Of a DNA stretch of 64,000 nucleotides, positions 43,470 through 54,209 are shown piece after piece. Source of the DNA: an uncultured Nitrososphaeraceae archaeon (GTDB lineage: Archaea > Thermoproteota > Nitrososphaeria > Nitrososphaerales > Nitrososphaeraceae). Position 1 is the stretch's first letter, and the number at the start of each line of letters is the position of its first letter. The stretch spans positions 1,120,001 through 1,184,000 of the forward strand of contig CAVZZA010000003.1 in assembly GCA_963779615.1 (NCBI GenBank), written 5' to 3'. The translations under genes were made by a program, and so were the position numbers. The notes under the pieces are model-generated. The model was not told the origin of the DNA. It saw nothing but the letters and a program-made list of their open reading frames with translations, and ran no database searches.

Positions 43470-44375
43470 TCACTGATTGGCAGATTCCAGGATTCTTTTT
43501 GCTTGTTTGTAATGCACTGCATCTATCATTTTTCCCTCCAAATTTATTGCACCGGTCTTGTTGTTGCTGCTGCTGTTTTTTCAATGACAGACTCATCTAG
43601 AGATGAAACTACCTTTTTTGCCCATTGTATATCTTGTGCTGAAGGGTAAAAAACTTTATGTACATAGTCAATTTGAGTAGGGTGAATTACGCACTTTCCG
43701 GTGTACCCCAATTTTCTTCCCAATACCAAATCCTTTTTCAAGCCATCAACATCACCAATATTTTGCCAAATAGAGTCAATCGAATCTACCCCTGCCGCCC
43801 TCGCATCAACAGGGACTTTTGCCCTGCCATACATGTAACCTGTCAAGATGTCCTCCTCATTGCTATCAATTTTCATGTCATATAAAAAGTCAAAGATTCC
43901 AAACACAAGGGATGAAATTCGTTGATCAGATTTTGCTATTGAATAGGCATTTACCACCCCCAATGAAGATTCAATTGACGGAATTAGTTTTACAGAGTTG
44001 TCTGGAATATTATTTTCTTTCTCCAGGATTTTTATTGTATCGGATAGCCTGGCAACCTGGTGTTCAGTTTCTACTTTGGGTATTACCACAGCATCAATTC
44101 CCTGTGTTGTAATTTTTTTTAAATCTTCCGCAGCTAATCCCGATTCCGGGGCATTGATTCTTACAGAAACTAGACTCTTCTTTTTTGACTCTTCTTCCGT
44201 TTTATTGATTTCTTGCAATGTGTTGTTCACCAGCATCCTTGCAGTTTCCTTTTCAGCTATTGGGACAGAATCCTCTAAATCAAAACAAATTATATCGGAG
44301 TCTATCGTCTTGGATTTCTCTAAAAACCTGTGAGTTATTTCCAGGTATGAAAATTAAACTTCTCGAGCGGCCCAC
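43470..44375 (-). CDS. CitE/HpcH-family acyl-CoA lyase (frameshifts at both ends)
   Basis: RSLIFIPG, FDLEDSVP, VRIN, PKVE, GKCVIHP, GKMIDA. Confidence 0.85.
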
Positions 44376-44401
44376 GTTTAAAGTCCAGAGTACAAAAAAA
44401 A

Positions 44402-45454
44402 TTAAAGTTTTTGGGGAGTTGTCATGATTTTGCCTATTTGTTCAGCGCCTGCCATCATAACATGGCCCTCAACCATGTTTGAAAACGGCAAAGTTGTGCT
44501 CATCAATGGCTTTAACTTCCCCTTACTGGTCCAATAGATTACCTGTTCCAAATCCGCTTTTGTTCCCTGTGTAGAACCCAGAAGGTTAGTTCCCTTAAAG
44601 AACAGAAATCTCAAATCAATTGTAGAGTCATATCCGGTGGTGGCTCCTGTGGCAACCAATGTCCCGCCCATCTTCAATAATGATACTTCCTGTGGAAACA
44701 CATTTTTTCCAATGTGCTCAAACACTACATCAACTCCACCATCTTTTTTTGTCATGTCCCTCACTTTTTTATACCAATCGGGTTCTCTATGGTTTACTAC
44801 GCCATCCGCACCGAGTTCCAAGCATTTATCCATTTTCTGCTGGTTTCCAGCCGTCGCAATCACGTTGCAATTATACAGTTTAGCTATTTGGATACCCACC
44901 ATTCCAACTCCGCTAGTTCCACCCATAATGAGAACCGACTGGCCCGGTTTAATCTTGGCTCTGCCAACAAGCATATGCCATGCAGTCATCCCCACCATAG
45001 ACATTGCGGAAGCATCATCAAATGACACATTTTCTGGGAGGAGAGCAACGTTAACTTCTGGCAAATGGGTGTATTGGGCAAATCCGCCCCATAGAGGCCC
45101 AGTTTGAAATCCCCATATCATCCTATATTTACAATCATATTCCCTGCCAGAAGTACACAATTCGCATATTCTACAACTCATGTTTGAGTGGGACACCACC
45201 CTGTCCCCAACTTTAAACTTGGTAACATCCTCACCAACTTCAACAACATTTCCCGCAACATCGCTACCGGAAATATGTGGAAGGGGTGTTTTTACAGGAT
45301 CCCCCCATATTGCCCACAAATCATTATAGTTGTATGCAGACGACTCCACCTTTATTAAAACCTCATTGGGTTTTATTTTCGGTACATCTATGTCTTCAAT
45401 TTTTACTACCTTAGTAGGGTCTTTGTTATACTCTCTAAATACAGCTGCCTTCAT
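44402..45454 (-). CDS. Zinc-binding medium-chain dehydrogenase/reductase
   Basis: NYNDLW, PHISGSDVAG, CxxCxxC(7)C, GGTSGVG. Confidence 0.88.
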   Translation of the reverse strand: MKAAVFREYNKDPTKVVKIEDIDVPKIKPNEVLIKVESSAYNYNDLWAIWGDPVKTPLPHISGSDVAGNVVEVGEDVTKFKVGDRVVSHSNMSCRICELCTSGREYDCKYRMIWGFQTGPLWGGFAQYTHLPEVNVALLPENVSFDDASAMSMVGMTAWHMLVGRAKIKPGQSVLIMGGTSGVGMVGIQIAKLYNCNVIATAGNQQKMDKCLELGADGVVNHREPDWYKKVRDMTKKDGGVDVVFEHIGKNVFPQEVSLLKMGGTLVATGATTGYDSTIDLRFLFFKGTNLLGSTQGTKADLEQVIYWTSKGKLKPLMSTTLPFSNMVEGHVMMAGAEQIGKIMTTPQKL

Positions 45455-45546
45455 GAAAAAAAGTAAATTTAAAACCTTAATATAGTTAACTCCAAGGGAG
45501 ACCACCAATAAAAAAATTAAACCAACAAACGGCTCTTGTGCATTCC

Positions 45547-45840
45547 CTACAATCTATTTATTTTAAAGTCCCTTTTTGGTTGTTGTATACTCAATAGAAT
45601 CTGTTTTAGTTCATGGTCGGTCAGGGCTCTATTCAGTCTTCCACTTGTAGCCGCATTTATCAAATAGTTTTCCACAGCTGATGCAAGATCAGGTTTTACC
45701 ATTTTTACGTTAGCAAGTCTCTGCCTTGCCTCTGAATCCAATAGCATCGCCAATGCCTTTTGCTTTACTGCCTCAGCTTCAGCCTGTTGTTGTTTTCTTC
45801 GCTCTTCGTCAGATGGCTGTTGTGTGTGAGGACTGGACAT
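45547..45840 (-). CDS. PDCD5-like DNA-binding protein
   Basis: EARQRLANVKMVKP..VENYLI. Confidence 0.9.
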   Translation of the reverse strand: MSSPHTQQPSDEERRKQQQAEAEAVKQKALAMLLDSEARQRLANVKMVKPDLASAVENYLINAATSGRLNRALTDHELKQILLSIQQPKRDFKINRL

Positions 45841-45852
45841 TTTTAAACCCCC

Positions 45853-46305
45853 TTATGCATATCTTTCCAAATTCACGTTATCTTTGCAAACTTCTTTGAA
45901 TATTTCTGTGGCCATCCTATCCACCCTTTTCATGCCGTCATTTGAAATCATCCTCCCATTGCTTTTTTTATCAATGTATCCGGCGGATTCCAGCTGCTGA
46001 AGTGCCTTTCTTATTATTGCACCGCCTGCATCCTTATGATGGTCCAAATTGTAACTAATTCTTTTCCTACCGCCATAATAGCTTTTCAAGTCGGAAATTC
46101 CGATAGGGCCGTGCAAATAGACTTTTCTTACTAGGGATGCACACCGTGTGTACCACCAATCCCTATTCTGAGGCATTTTCTCCGCATGGGTTCCTGTTTT
46201 GACAAAATATGACCATTCTGGCGGATTTATTTTCTTGTCTTTTTTAAGATGATCGGATAATTTTGATATCAAATCTTCTGCGGGTACGTCAAAAATTTTA
46301 GCCAT
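45853..46305 (-). CDS. rps19e: 30S ribosomal protein S19e
   Basis: PEWSYFVKTG, DWWYTRCAS, IRKALQQLE. Confidence 0.96.
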   Translation of the reverse strand: MAKIFDVPAEDLISKLSDHLKKDKKINPPEWSYFVKTGTHAEKMPQNRDWWYTRCASLVRKVYLHGPIGISDLKSYYGGRKRISYNLDHHKDAGGAIIRKALQQLESAGYIDKKSNGRMISNDGMKRVDRMATEIFKEVCKDNVNLERYA

Positions 46306-46390
46306 TTGATTATTACAAATCTAATCCATTGAATTTCCCTTATAAATCCTTATACTTTAAGTTTTTATCAAAACTCGTTATAAGATAGTG

Positions 46391-46699
46391 TCAAGTTTCC
46401 GCTTTTGCTTTTATTACTTTTCTATATGTATGGCCGCATATTTCACAGGTTATTCTCAAGGCCTTCACCCTTGATCTGCCTATTCGTATCCTAGAGTTTT
46501 TTCCCGGAACAATAAACTTTTTGCAATTTTTGCAAAAAAGGATTTTGTATTCGAATGGTATCTTTAACCTATATTTTGTAATAATTTTTTTAGCCGTGTT
46601 GATGTGATCATCCAGAAAAAAATCCTGGGTGTATAAAGCAGTGTGAATTAAATTGCTAACGCTCTGCAAAGCTAATTGTTTTTTACTATTTTTCTTCAT
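46391..46699 (-). CDS. rnp4: RNase P protein component 4 (Rpp21)
   Basis: FCKNC..PGKNSRIR..TCEICG. Confidence 0.88.
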   Translation of the reverse strand: MKKNSKKQLALQSVSNLIHTALYTQDFFLDDHINTAKKIITKYRLKIPFEYKILFCKNCKKFIVPGKNSRIRIGRSRVKALRITCEICGHTYRKVIKAKAET

Positions 46700-46758
46700 T
46701 TAAAAAGTTATGATTTTATTGCCATTAGAACCTATAATAACTTTAAATAATAAACAAA

Positions 46759-47467
46759 GTGTATTTTTACTTAAATCATTTGCTAAATTTGGTCATTGCA
46801 GATACAGCATTAGAGACAATGCCGACTAAAATGTTTCAGCACCCATCCTTGAAAAAAATTCGAGACAGCGGAAAGAAACCTGCCGAAATATTGCTCGATA
46901 GGACATTTCATCATTTTGCCATTTTGTCAAGCAATTTGAAGGATGATTATAAAAGAGGAAGGCCCGACATATTGCACATCAGTCTATTAAACGCCCTAGC
47001 TACACCATTGTTTAAAAACAATCATCTCAAAGTTTTTGTTCATACCATGAACAACCAGGTGATTAACATAGGGGGTAATCTTAGGCTTCCAAAGTCATAC
47101 TCCCGCTTTGAGGGATTGATGCTGGATCTGATTAAACACAAAAAAGTAGTTTCAAAGGACGGATGCCTGCTTTTGGAATTAAAGGATAACCAAAGTTTTT
47201 CGGATCTGATTCAAAAACACATTAGACCTGATGTTGTTGTTGGCCTTTCAACCAACGGGGTTTTAAAAAACTTTGAGTATGTTTGTAATGAGTTATTCCG
47301 GTTTGAAAACCCTTGTATTGTTATTGGAGGCTTTCCCAAAGGGCATTTCTCGACAGAGATAGAATCGCATTTTGGAGAAAAAATATTCGATTTCCGATCT
47401 AAAACTAGAGGCACATATTGTAATATCACGATTGTTGTATGAGTTTGAAAAAATAAACTATTCTTAA
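46759..47467 (+). CDS. nep1: SSU rRNA pseudouridine methyltransferase Nep1 (3' frameshift)
   Basis: RGRPDILH, RLPKSYSRFEGL, IGGFPKG. Confidence 0.92.
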
Positions 47468-47495
47468 TTCAAAAATTGAAAATGTGGTTTAACTG

Positions 47496-47618
47496 TTACC
47501 TAGCTTTTCTTGCTGCAGAGGCTAGCGCATAAATCAAACCTATGGTTAAACCTGTTGCTAAAGGAATCCACACCCCAAATGCTTCTGGATTTATTACAAT
47601 TTGTAGAAATTGCATCAT
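47496..47618 (-). CDS. 40-aa single-TM microprotein
   Basis: MMQFLQIVINPEAFGVWIPLATGLTIGLIYALASAARKAR; TATA-like TTATATA upstream. Confidence 0.55.
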   Translation of the reverse strand: MMQFLQIVINPEAFGVWIPLATGLTIGLIYALASAARKAR

Positions 47619-47838
47619 AATTAAAGGTAAATGGACAGGGGTGTATATAAGTTTTGTAATTCAAAAATTCAATTTTTTTTTAACAATCAGTAGGATAAAT
47701 ATAGGGTAGGTTACACCCCTTCTGGTACAACATTAAATTTTTTTCCTCATTACGTATGTGTTTTGCGCACGAAAATGCAACATGGAAAATGATGAACAAT
47801 TATTTTACTTTAAATTACCCATAGGTGGAGAGTCATAT

Positions 47839-48117
47839 ATGAAAATGCAGAAGGAATTTCGAAAGTTTTGTCCCAAATGTAAAACTCATACTATTCAATC
47901 TGTGTCCATTTATAAAAAGGGTAAAGACAGGAAAGGCGCACAGGGTGCATTACGTCACGCTGAGGATAAAAAAGGCTATGGTGGTCAAAAGTTTCCGGAA
48001 CTGAAGAGAACTGCAAAAACTACCAAAAAAATAACGCTAAAATACAGTTGTAAAATATGTCAGCGTAAAACAATGAAAGAAGGCAGAAGAATGAGAAAGT
48101 TGGAAATACAAGCATAA
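47839..48117 (+). CDS. rpl44e: 50S ribosomal protein L44e
   Basis: FCPKCKTHT, GYGGQKFP, AKTTKK. Confidence 0.95.
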   Translation: MKMQKEFRKFCPKCKTHTIQSVSIYKKGKDRKGAQGALRHAEDKKGYGGQKFPELKRTAKTTKKITLKYSCKICQRKTMKEGRRMRKLEIQA

Positions 48118-48147
48118 TTATAATCAATAAAAAAGTGTATTTACATA

Positions 48148-48346
48148 ATGAAAAAACACAATATAATGATACCAAAGCCCCGTAGCAACTTTGTTAAAGT
48201 AGAATGTGACAACTGTCAAAATACAATGATTTTATACACGTACAGGTACAAAAACCATAAAATGCCACTCATGTGATGCCGACTTGGTTGTAAACACTGG
48301 AGGCCAAGCCAAAATATCGGGTAAAATTGTAGAGACAATGGATTAA
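48148..48346 (+). CDS. rps27e: 30S ribosomal protein S27e (frameshifted)
   Basis: IPKPRSNFVKVECDNC...CHSC...TGGQAKI; follows rpl44e. Confidence 0.88.
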
Positions 48347-48359
48347 CTAATCTCACATC

Positions 48360-49073
48360 CTATTGAATGTATTTGTTGATATGATTTTTTTTGCTAGTTG
48401 AGTTCTCTAGAAATTTTTCTGCGATTTTCAAATCCTCAAACGTATTTGCATTGCAGGCTAATTCACTATAATTCATAATTCTGTACTCTTCTGCTATCAG
48501 GTTGATTTTTTCATGTCTGCCGATATCAATTTTAGAAATATCTATCACAGATATGCCAGAATAGCAACAGTTTTTCTTATCAAGGACAAATTCGTATGAT
48601 GGCGTCATGCCGTGACTCTTGATGAACTCCTTTTCTAAAATTATCGTGAGGCAGGGTTTTTCTTGATTTGTGTCTATTATCTGCTTTATTATCACGGGTG
48701 AAATTAAAGGGATATCTATCGGAAGAAACAGTATTTTTTTTATATCTTTATTTTTTACGCATTTTGCGCATTTAAAAAACTTTATTACTTTCAGGTAATC
48801 TTCAGAATACCCTTTACCTGATGTCTCCAATACGGTTATTTTGTCCAAAAAAGTTGACGTTATGAATTCTTTGGTTTTTTGTGTATTGTTACTAACTGCG
48901 GCAAATATCTGTTCAAATTTGTTTGTTTGTGTTAAGGCATCGATTAAATATTCAATTAACGGTTTATCCCTTATTTTTACAAGGGGTTTTTCTATTTTGT
49001 GGCCCATGGCGGATTTTATACGTGTTCCTTTACCACCACACATCAAAACGCAATACACCATATCACCATGCAT
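48360..49073 (-). CDS. cobY: Adenosylcobinamide-phosphate guanylyltransferase
   Basis: MCGGKGTR..EKPL..GKGYSED..NANTFEDL. Confidence 0.8.
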   Translation of the reverse strand: MHGDMVYCVLMCGGKGTRIKSAMGHKIEKPLVKIRDKPLIEYLIDALTQTNKFEQIFAAVSNNTQKTKEFITSTFLDKITVLETSGKGYSEDYLKVIKFFKCAKCVKNKDIKKILFLPIDIPLISPVIIKQIIDTNQEKPCLTIILEKEFIKSHGMTPSYEFVLDKKNCCYSGISVIDISKIDIGRHEKINLIAEEYRIMNYSELACNANTFEDLKIAEKFLENSTSKKNHINKYIQ

Positions 49074-49549
49074 TAATTTGTGGCAACACCGTATTACTGC
49101 ATCTATTTAAAAAAATTGCCCTTCTTATATTTTTTGGTTGACAATAGGTTCTGCCGATTTTCTGCGGCCCAATTCGGTTGTTGGTTGTTGATTTTCAGTT
49201 TGCAGGTGGTCGATAAAAAAAATTGAGACAGGATGTTAAAGCTACCGGCCCACAATTCAAGTTGTGACTTTAAGGTATCCATGCATTCGGTTATTGAATC
49301 ACATCAAAAAGCATTATGAACTTTTTTCCTGATGTCTTGATTATGGATCCGCATGGGTTTAACCATCACGCCTTTAAGGCTAAAATGAATTACATAGATA
49401 TTCAGAATTGTTCTTTGTCCTGTTTATGTCGATGTACAAGTCATTTGACGGAATATGCAGATAAAATGGCAGGCAAACCATGTTTGAGAAGGCATTCATA
49501 AATTCTATTAGAATATATCAAGTTAAACCTAGTTGTCAAAACAACAACA

Positions 49550-50410
49550 ATGACGGGCACAGAAGCGGGAGACAATCAAAGGTATAAAAAAACTCTAAGG
49601 TACCTCATTGTCTTTCTGTTTTCTAGCGCGGTATTTACGAGCCTAATCATAATGTTGTCGGATGAGGCGGAAAGGCACTCTATTACCATAACTACACTAA
49701 ACATTGCAGCAGCAGTTGCAACTGGTTTAGGCATGATATCCATTTACAGATACAGATTAAATGGAAGTCATGGCAAGTCATATTTATTTTTAACACTTGG
49801 CATTACACTGTGGTTTTGCGCAGACTTAAATTTACTATATTTGTATTTTGTTGATGGTGTAACAGAACAAAAACAAATTTCCATATCAGACATATTTTGG
49901 CTAGGTGGGTATGCGTTTCTTTCACTACATTTAATATCTGTGATAAGAACGATACTCATAAAAAACATATCAAAAACAATTACAATCATTGTAATTTTTG
50001 TGATTAGTTTCATGATTGTCAATTTGGTTCAATCCGCATCATACAATTTGCTCATAAACAATGCTGAAAGAGACAGGGTCTACAGTGAATTTGGAATGGC
50101 TAATTTAATAATTACCATCATGTACCCCATTTTGGACTTGAGCCTAATAGTTCCATCAATAATAATACTTGTGAATTTATACCATGAGTACCAACACTCA
50201 ATACCGTGGGTTCTTTCGTCATTATCGCTGCTAACCAATGCAATAGCAGACAATGGATATGTTGGTGATTTTATCAGAGGCGCACCAAGTTTCTGGACAT
50301 GGGACTTGTTTTACATCAATGACTTCATAATCATGGCTGCGGCATTATACTGGTTTAACAGGTTCCATATTTCAGATTATTTAAAGGGAAATAAAGTAAA
50401 GAATGAATAA
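49550..50410 (+). CDS. Multi-pass membrane protein (sensor-like)
   Basis: About seven hydrophobic helices; SISDIFWLGGY, YPILDL. Confidence 0.7.
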   Translation: MTGTEAGDNQRYKKTLRYLIVFLFSSAVFTSLIIMLSDEAERHSITITTLNIAAAVATGLGMISIYRYRLNGSHGKSYLFLTLGITLWFCADLNLLYLYFVDGVTEQKQISISDIFWLGGYAFLSLHLISVIRTILIKNISKTITIIVIFVISFMIVNLVQSASYNLLINNAERDRVYSEFGMANLIITIMYPILDLSLIVPSIIILVNLYHEYQHSIPWVLSSLSLLTNAIADNGYVGDFIRGAPSFWTWDLFYINDFIIMAAALYWFNRFHISDYLKGNKVKNE

Positions 50411-50484
50411 AGCAGAATTTCAGCCATTTTGGCATCAATGGCAAAGGCGAATTAGTTTAGTCATTTTGAAGCTGATTAAATAGC

Positions 50485-50679
50485 CTATTTGCCTCGTTCA
50501 TCGTCGTCTTCTCGTTCATCGTCGTCTTCTCGTTCATCGTCGTCTTCTCGTTCATCGTCGTCTTGTTCCAAATCCTCCAATTCATGAGTTTCATCCCTGA
50601 TTTCTTCTCTTTCTGGCTCCTCGATTTCTTCTCTTTCTGGCTCCTCGATTTCTTCTCTTTCTGGCTCCCTGTCGCCCAT
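50485..50679 (-). CDS. Highly acidic low-complexity peptide built from tandem repeats
   Basis: (EPEREEIE-like)x3 and (DDDERE)x4; 21-bp and 18-bp DNA repeats. Confidence 0.5.
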   Translation of the reverse strand: MGDREPEREEIEEPEREEIEEPEREEIRDETHELEDLEQDDDEREDDDEREDDDEREDDDERGK

Positions 50680-51457
50680 AATTGTCGATTATTGACGATA
50701 TTATTTAAGTATAAACACCCACGTGAAACAATTGAATTGACAATAACACAATTAACTGAATTTAATAATTTGATCAGCCTGAATGACATGTTAAAAGTAT
50801 GATGTGTTATAGAATATCGTAACAATGTGACTTGGTGTGTTGCTACCATCACCATGGGAAGGATTAGCGTCACACCTAGTCCATCATAACTGGTTTAGAT
50901 TATTGGACACCACATCCCAAAAAAATTCCAATCAGGTTACTAAAAAAACATACTATTGGCTACAGCATTTTTGAAAGATCTGACAGATTCAGGAAATGCA
51001 TTATGTTTTGGTTTGTTGTGAAACATATATACGCATATCTGATTGGTTTGTTGTTTAGGACCCCCACATATGGCCTTTCGGGATGCTGTTGACAATTTAG
51101 ATCAACCAATCAATCACATAAATAATTGAATCAAAAACTAAATTCACCATTACTCAAAATCTAGCTATGCTCATTTGCGCCATCGGAAATCTTTAGAGTA
51201 ATAGGTTGTTGTATGAATGCACTTGACTCGGCCAAAACCATAATCAATATTCAGAATTTCAACTATTACCCAAACTAGCAGCATCACATTCCATGTGTTT
51301 TGGGTAACAATACCACCACTTTTGGAGAAAAACAAATTGTGCTTTAAAAAACTATTTCAAAAAACAAAAAAAACAATGCACAGTTGCCACCGGGCATCCA
51401 TATAAGCGGATAAGAACCAAATAGTGTTTTTTTCAATTGCAACGCATTTTTGTCAAA

Positions 51458-52166
51458 TTATGAAATGTGCGTTCCGTTAATTTTGAGCCAATCTTTTTTT
51501 TCAGAATAATCAAACATATGATCCTCTACCAATTTCCAAAATTTTGGAGAATGGTTTTTTTCCACAAGATGGCCCATTTCATGCAAAACCACATATTCAA
51601 TCACACCAATGGGAGCTTTTACCAAATTAACATTTAAATTAACTGTTCCTTTAAAGGTAGCGCTACCCCACCTGCTTTTTAGGTTTTTTATCAGTATCTT
51701 TTTGGGCCTAACATTTAACAAAACAGAATATTTTTCCACAAATAGATTAAAAATTGCAAGAGCTACGCTGAATAACCATTTCTCATATATTGTTTTAACA
51801 CTGCTTTTTTTTACATGGACAGTAAACGCGTCATTTGAAAACTCTAAAAAGTCGCTTTTTTCACCCTTAGCGACTTTTAGGATGCAATTTCTTCCCATAT
51901 AAGGCAAAGTGGTGTTGTTTTTTGTACTCGGGAAGCATAATTTCGGGGTTTTTTCCATCATTTTCCTTTATTTTTTTGAGTATCCACTCTGCCTTATTTT
52001 TTACCATTGATTCTATGTCTTTTCTTGATTTTGAAAATGGAGTTCTTATCAAAACCTCATCGAACTTAACTATAATTTCACTTGTTTTTCTCCTCCTAGT
52101 TTGTATAATCTTAAATCCTATCTCGTTGTTCTTGTAAACAATTTTATGTTTCTGCGTAATGGACAA
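51458..52166 (-). CDS. YgjP/M48-like (SprT-family) metal-dependent hydrolase (frameshifted)
   Basis: KSRWGS, YVVLHEMGHL, NHSPKFW. Confidence 0.88.
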
Positions 52167-52428
52167 AGTTTCGGCCTTTTTTCCTTTTTCTTTTTTTAAA
52201 GTTGTTTTCAGGTCAAATCCTCACTTGATTTCCCGGGATTAGTATAGAGGCACAGTACAAATACACCCTTGTAAACAATAGCTTCATAATTATAAAAAAT
52301 TTATAAACACAGTTTTAATCAGGGCACAGCCAAAACTAATAATCGGAATACGGCAAAACAACACAATAAATCATAAAAAAAACCCACGTGCTTTATTTAT
52401 ACCATTATCACCAATTAATACAAAGGAC

Positions 52429-53727
52429 ATGTCGCCTACGCCCTCTTTTTCACCACCATATAACAACAATGACAAAATTGAAAACGTTTTGGTATTGCAA
52501 GGTGGAGGATCGCTTGGTGCTTTTGGTTGTGGAGTAATCAAAGGACTTGCAAAAAACAACATAAAGCTGGATATTATCGCAGGCACCTCAATAGGCGGCA
52601 TAAACGCTGCAATAATCGCAGGAAGCAAGGACGAAAAACACCCAGAACACCTGCTGGAGCAATTCTGGCTTGAACTATCAGACAGTTTTATAGATATGGA
52701 AAAGTCACCATTTGGCTTTCATTCTCAATTTGTTGAACAGACACTATCTCCACATCCGTTTAACCCCTACTCTTCACCATTATCACCATCAGGATACAAG
52801 GAAAATCACTTAACAGCAACAGATAAAAAACATCGTCAAAAAATCAGGAACATCCAGTCTTTTTATAGCTCAGCTATGTTCGGAAATGACAAGTTCTTTA
52901 AACCCCGATGGACATATAAAAATGCGTTATCTGACCCCGACTATTTTCACCCGACAAAGTGGACCTACATGTATGATCATTCACCTTTGGTCAAAACTCT
53001 GGAAAAGTATATTGACTATGACAAACTGCAGCCAGGTGGAAATCCAAATACACGCTTAATCTTAACAGCAGTAAACATTTTAACTGCAGAACCACTGACA
53101 TTTGACAGCTCCAAACAGCAGATCACCCCAAAACACATTCTTGCGACATCTTCATACCCCCTCTATAATTTTCAATGGGTTGAGGTTGAAGAAGGTGTGT
53201 ATGCGTGGGATGGGAGTTTATTAAGCAACACCCCATTGCGAGAGGTCTTGGAAGCATCCCCAATAAAAAACAAAAGGATATTTCTGGTAGAAAACTATCC
53301 AAAAAACATTGATACCCTTCCGCAGAGCATCCCTGAGGTGTATCACAGAGCCAGAGACATAATATTTTCAGACAAGACAGAACACAATATAAAAATGTCC
53401 AAGGTGATTACAAAATATTTACGCTATATAGACGATTTATACCAAATAATAGAAAAGTTCGCTGATACGTCAAAGATTGAAAGGAAGCAATTAAAAAAAA
53501 TTCAGTCAATGTATAAAAAATACAAACAAGAGCACGGAGCTGAAATCAAAGACATATTCTATGTCACTCGTGACGAGACTAACCCCCACATATTTGAGAA
53601 TGCAGATTTTTACCCAGAATCAATCAAAAGCTCGATTGAGGAGGGCGAAACGAAGACAAACATGGTCATAAGAAAAAGAAAGATTCCCAACAACAGGGCA
53701 AACAATAATACAAAGATGCACAAATGA
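52429..53727 (+). CDS. Patatin-like phospholipase
   Basis: LQGGGSLG, GTSIG, WDGSLLSNTPL. Confidence 0.9.
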   Translation: MSPTPSFSPPYNNNDKIENVLVLQGGGSLGAFGCGVIKGLAKNNIKLDIIAGTSIGGINAAIIAGSKDEKHPEHLLEQFWLELSDSFIDMEKSPFGFHSQFVEQTLSPHPFNPYSSPLSPSGYKENHLTATDKKHRQKIRNIQSFYSSAMFGNDKFFKPRWTYKNALSDPDYFHPTKWTYMYDHSPLVKTLEKYIDYDKLQPGGNPNTRLILTAVNILTAEPLTFDSSKQQITPKHILATSSYPLYNFQWVEVEEGVYAWDGSLLSNTPLREVLEASPIKNKRIFLVENYPKNIDTLPQSIPEVYHRARDIIFSDKTEHNIKMSKVITKYLRYIDDLYQIIEKFADTSKIERKQLKKIQSMYKKYKQEHGAEIKDIFYVTRDETNPHIFENADFYPESIKSSIEEGETKTNMVIRKRKIPNNRANNNTKMHK

Positions 53728-54209
53728 AACACTGCGGAGTTCAACAGTAAAAAAACAAACCTGGAGTGTCCAAAACATTTGTTTATGAACAACAACACAA
53801 CAGGCCACGTCTTTCACCACGGTCATCACGCTAGCAGGACACAGATACAATTTCACTCCATTTCCGCATCCAAAACAATAAAAAAAAGCACTTTTATCCA
53901 TACAATGCTTTACAGCATATTGGCCTTACAAAACGGTGATAATAATTCATCCTTTGACGCAAACAATTTTGATAGCACAATACAAATATTTGAGCAAAGC
54001 ATTCAAGAATCAAAGGACCGACACTGGCCAATATCATGTTATTGTTGGTTGGTTTCATGGAGATGAACTCCTGTTACCGCATGCAAATTATACTCACGGG
54101 GTTTGCTTGTTTAATTATTTAGTAACTAAATAGCGCATGTTTCCTTTTTCCAGCCAATTTTTTTTTCAAATGCCTATCCATAAACATGATCTCAAATTAT
54201 AAATATTTT

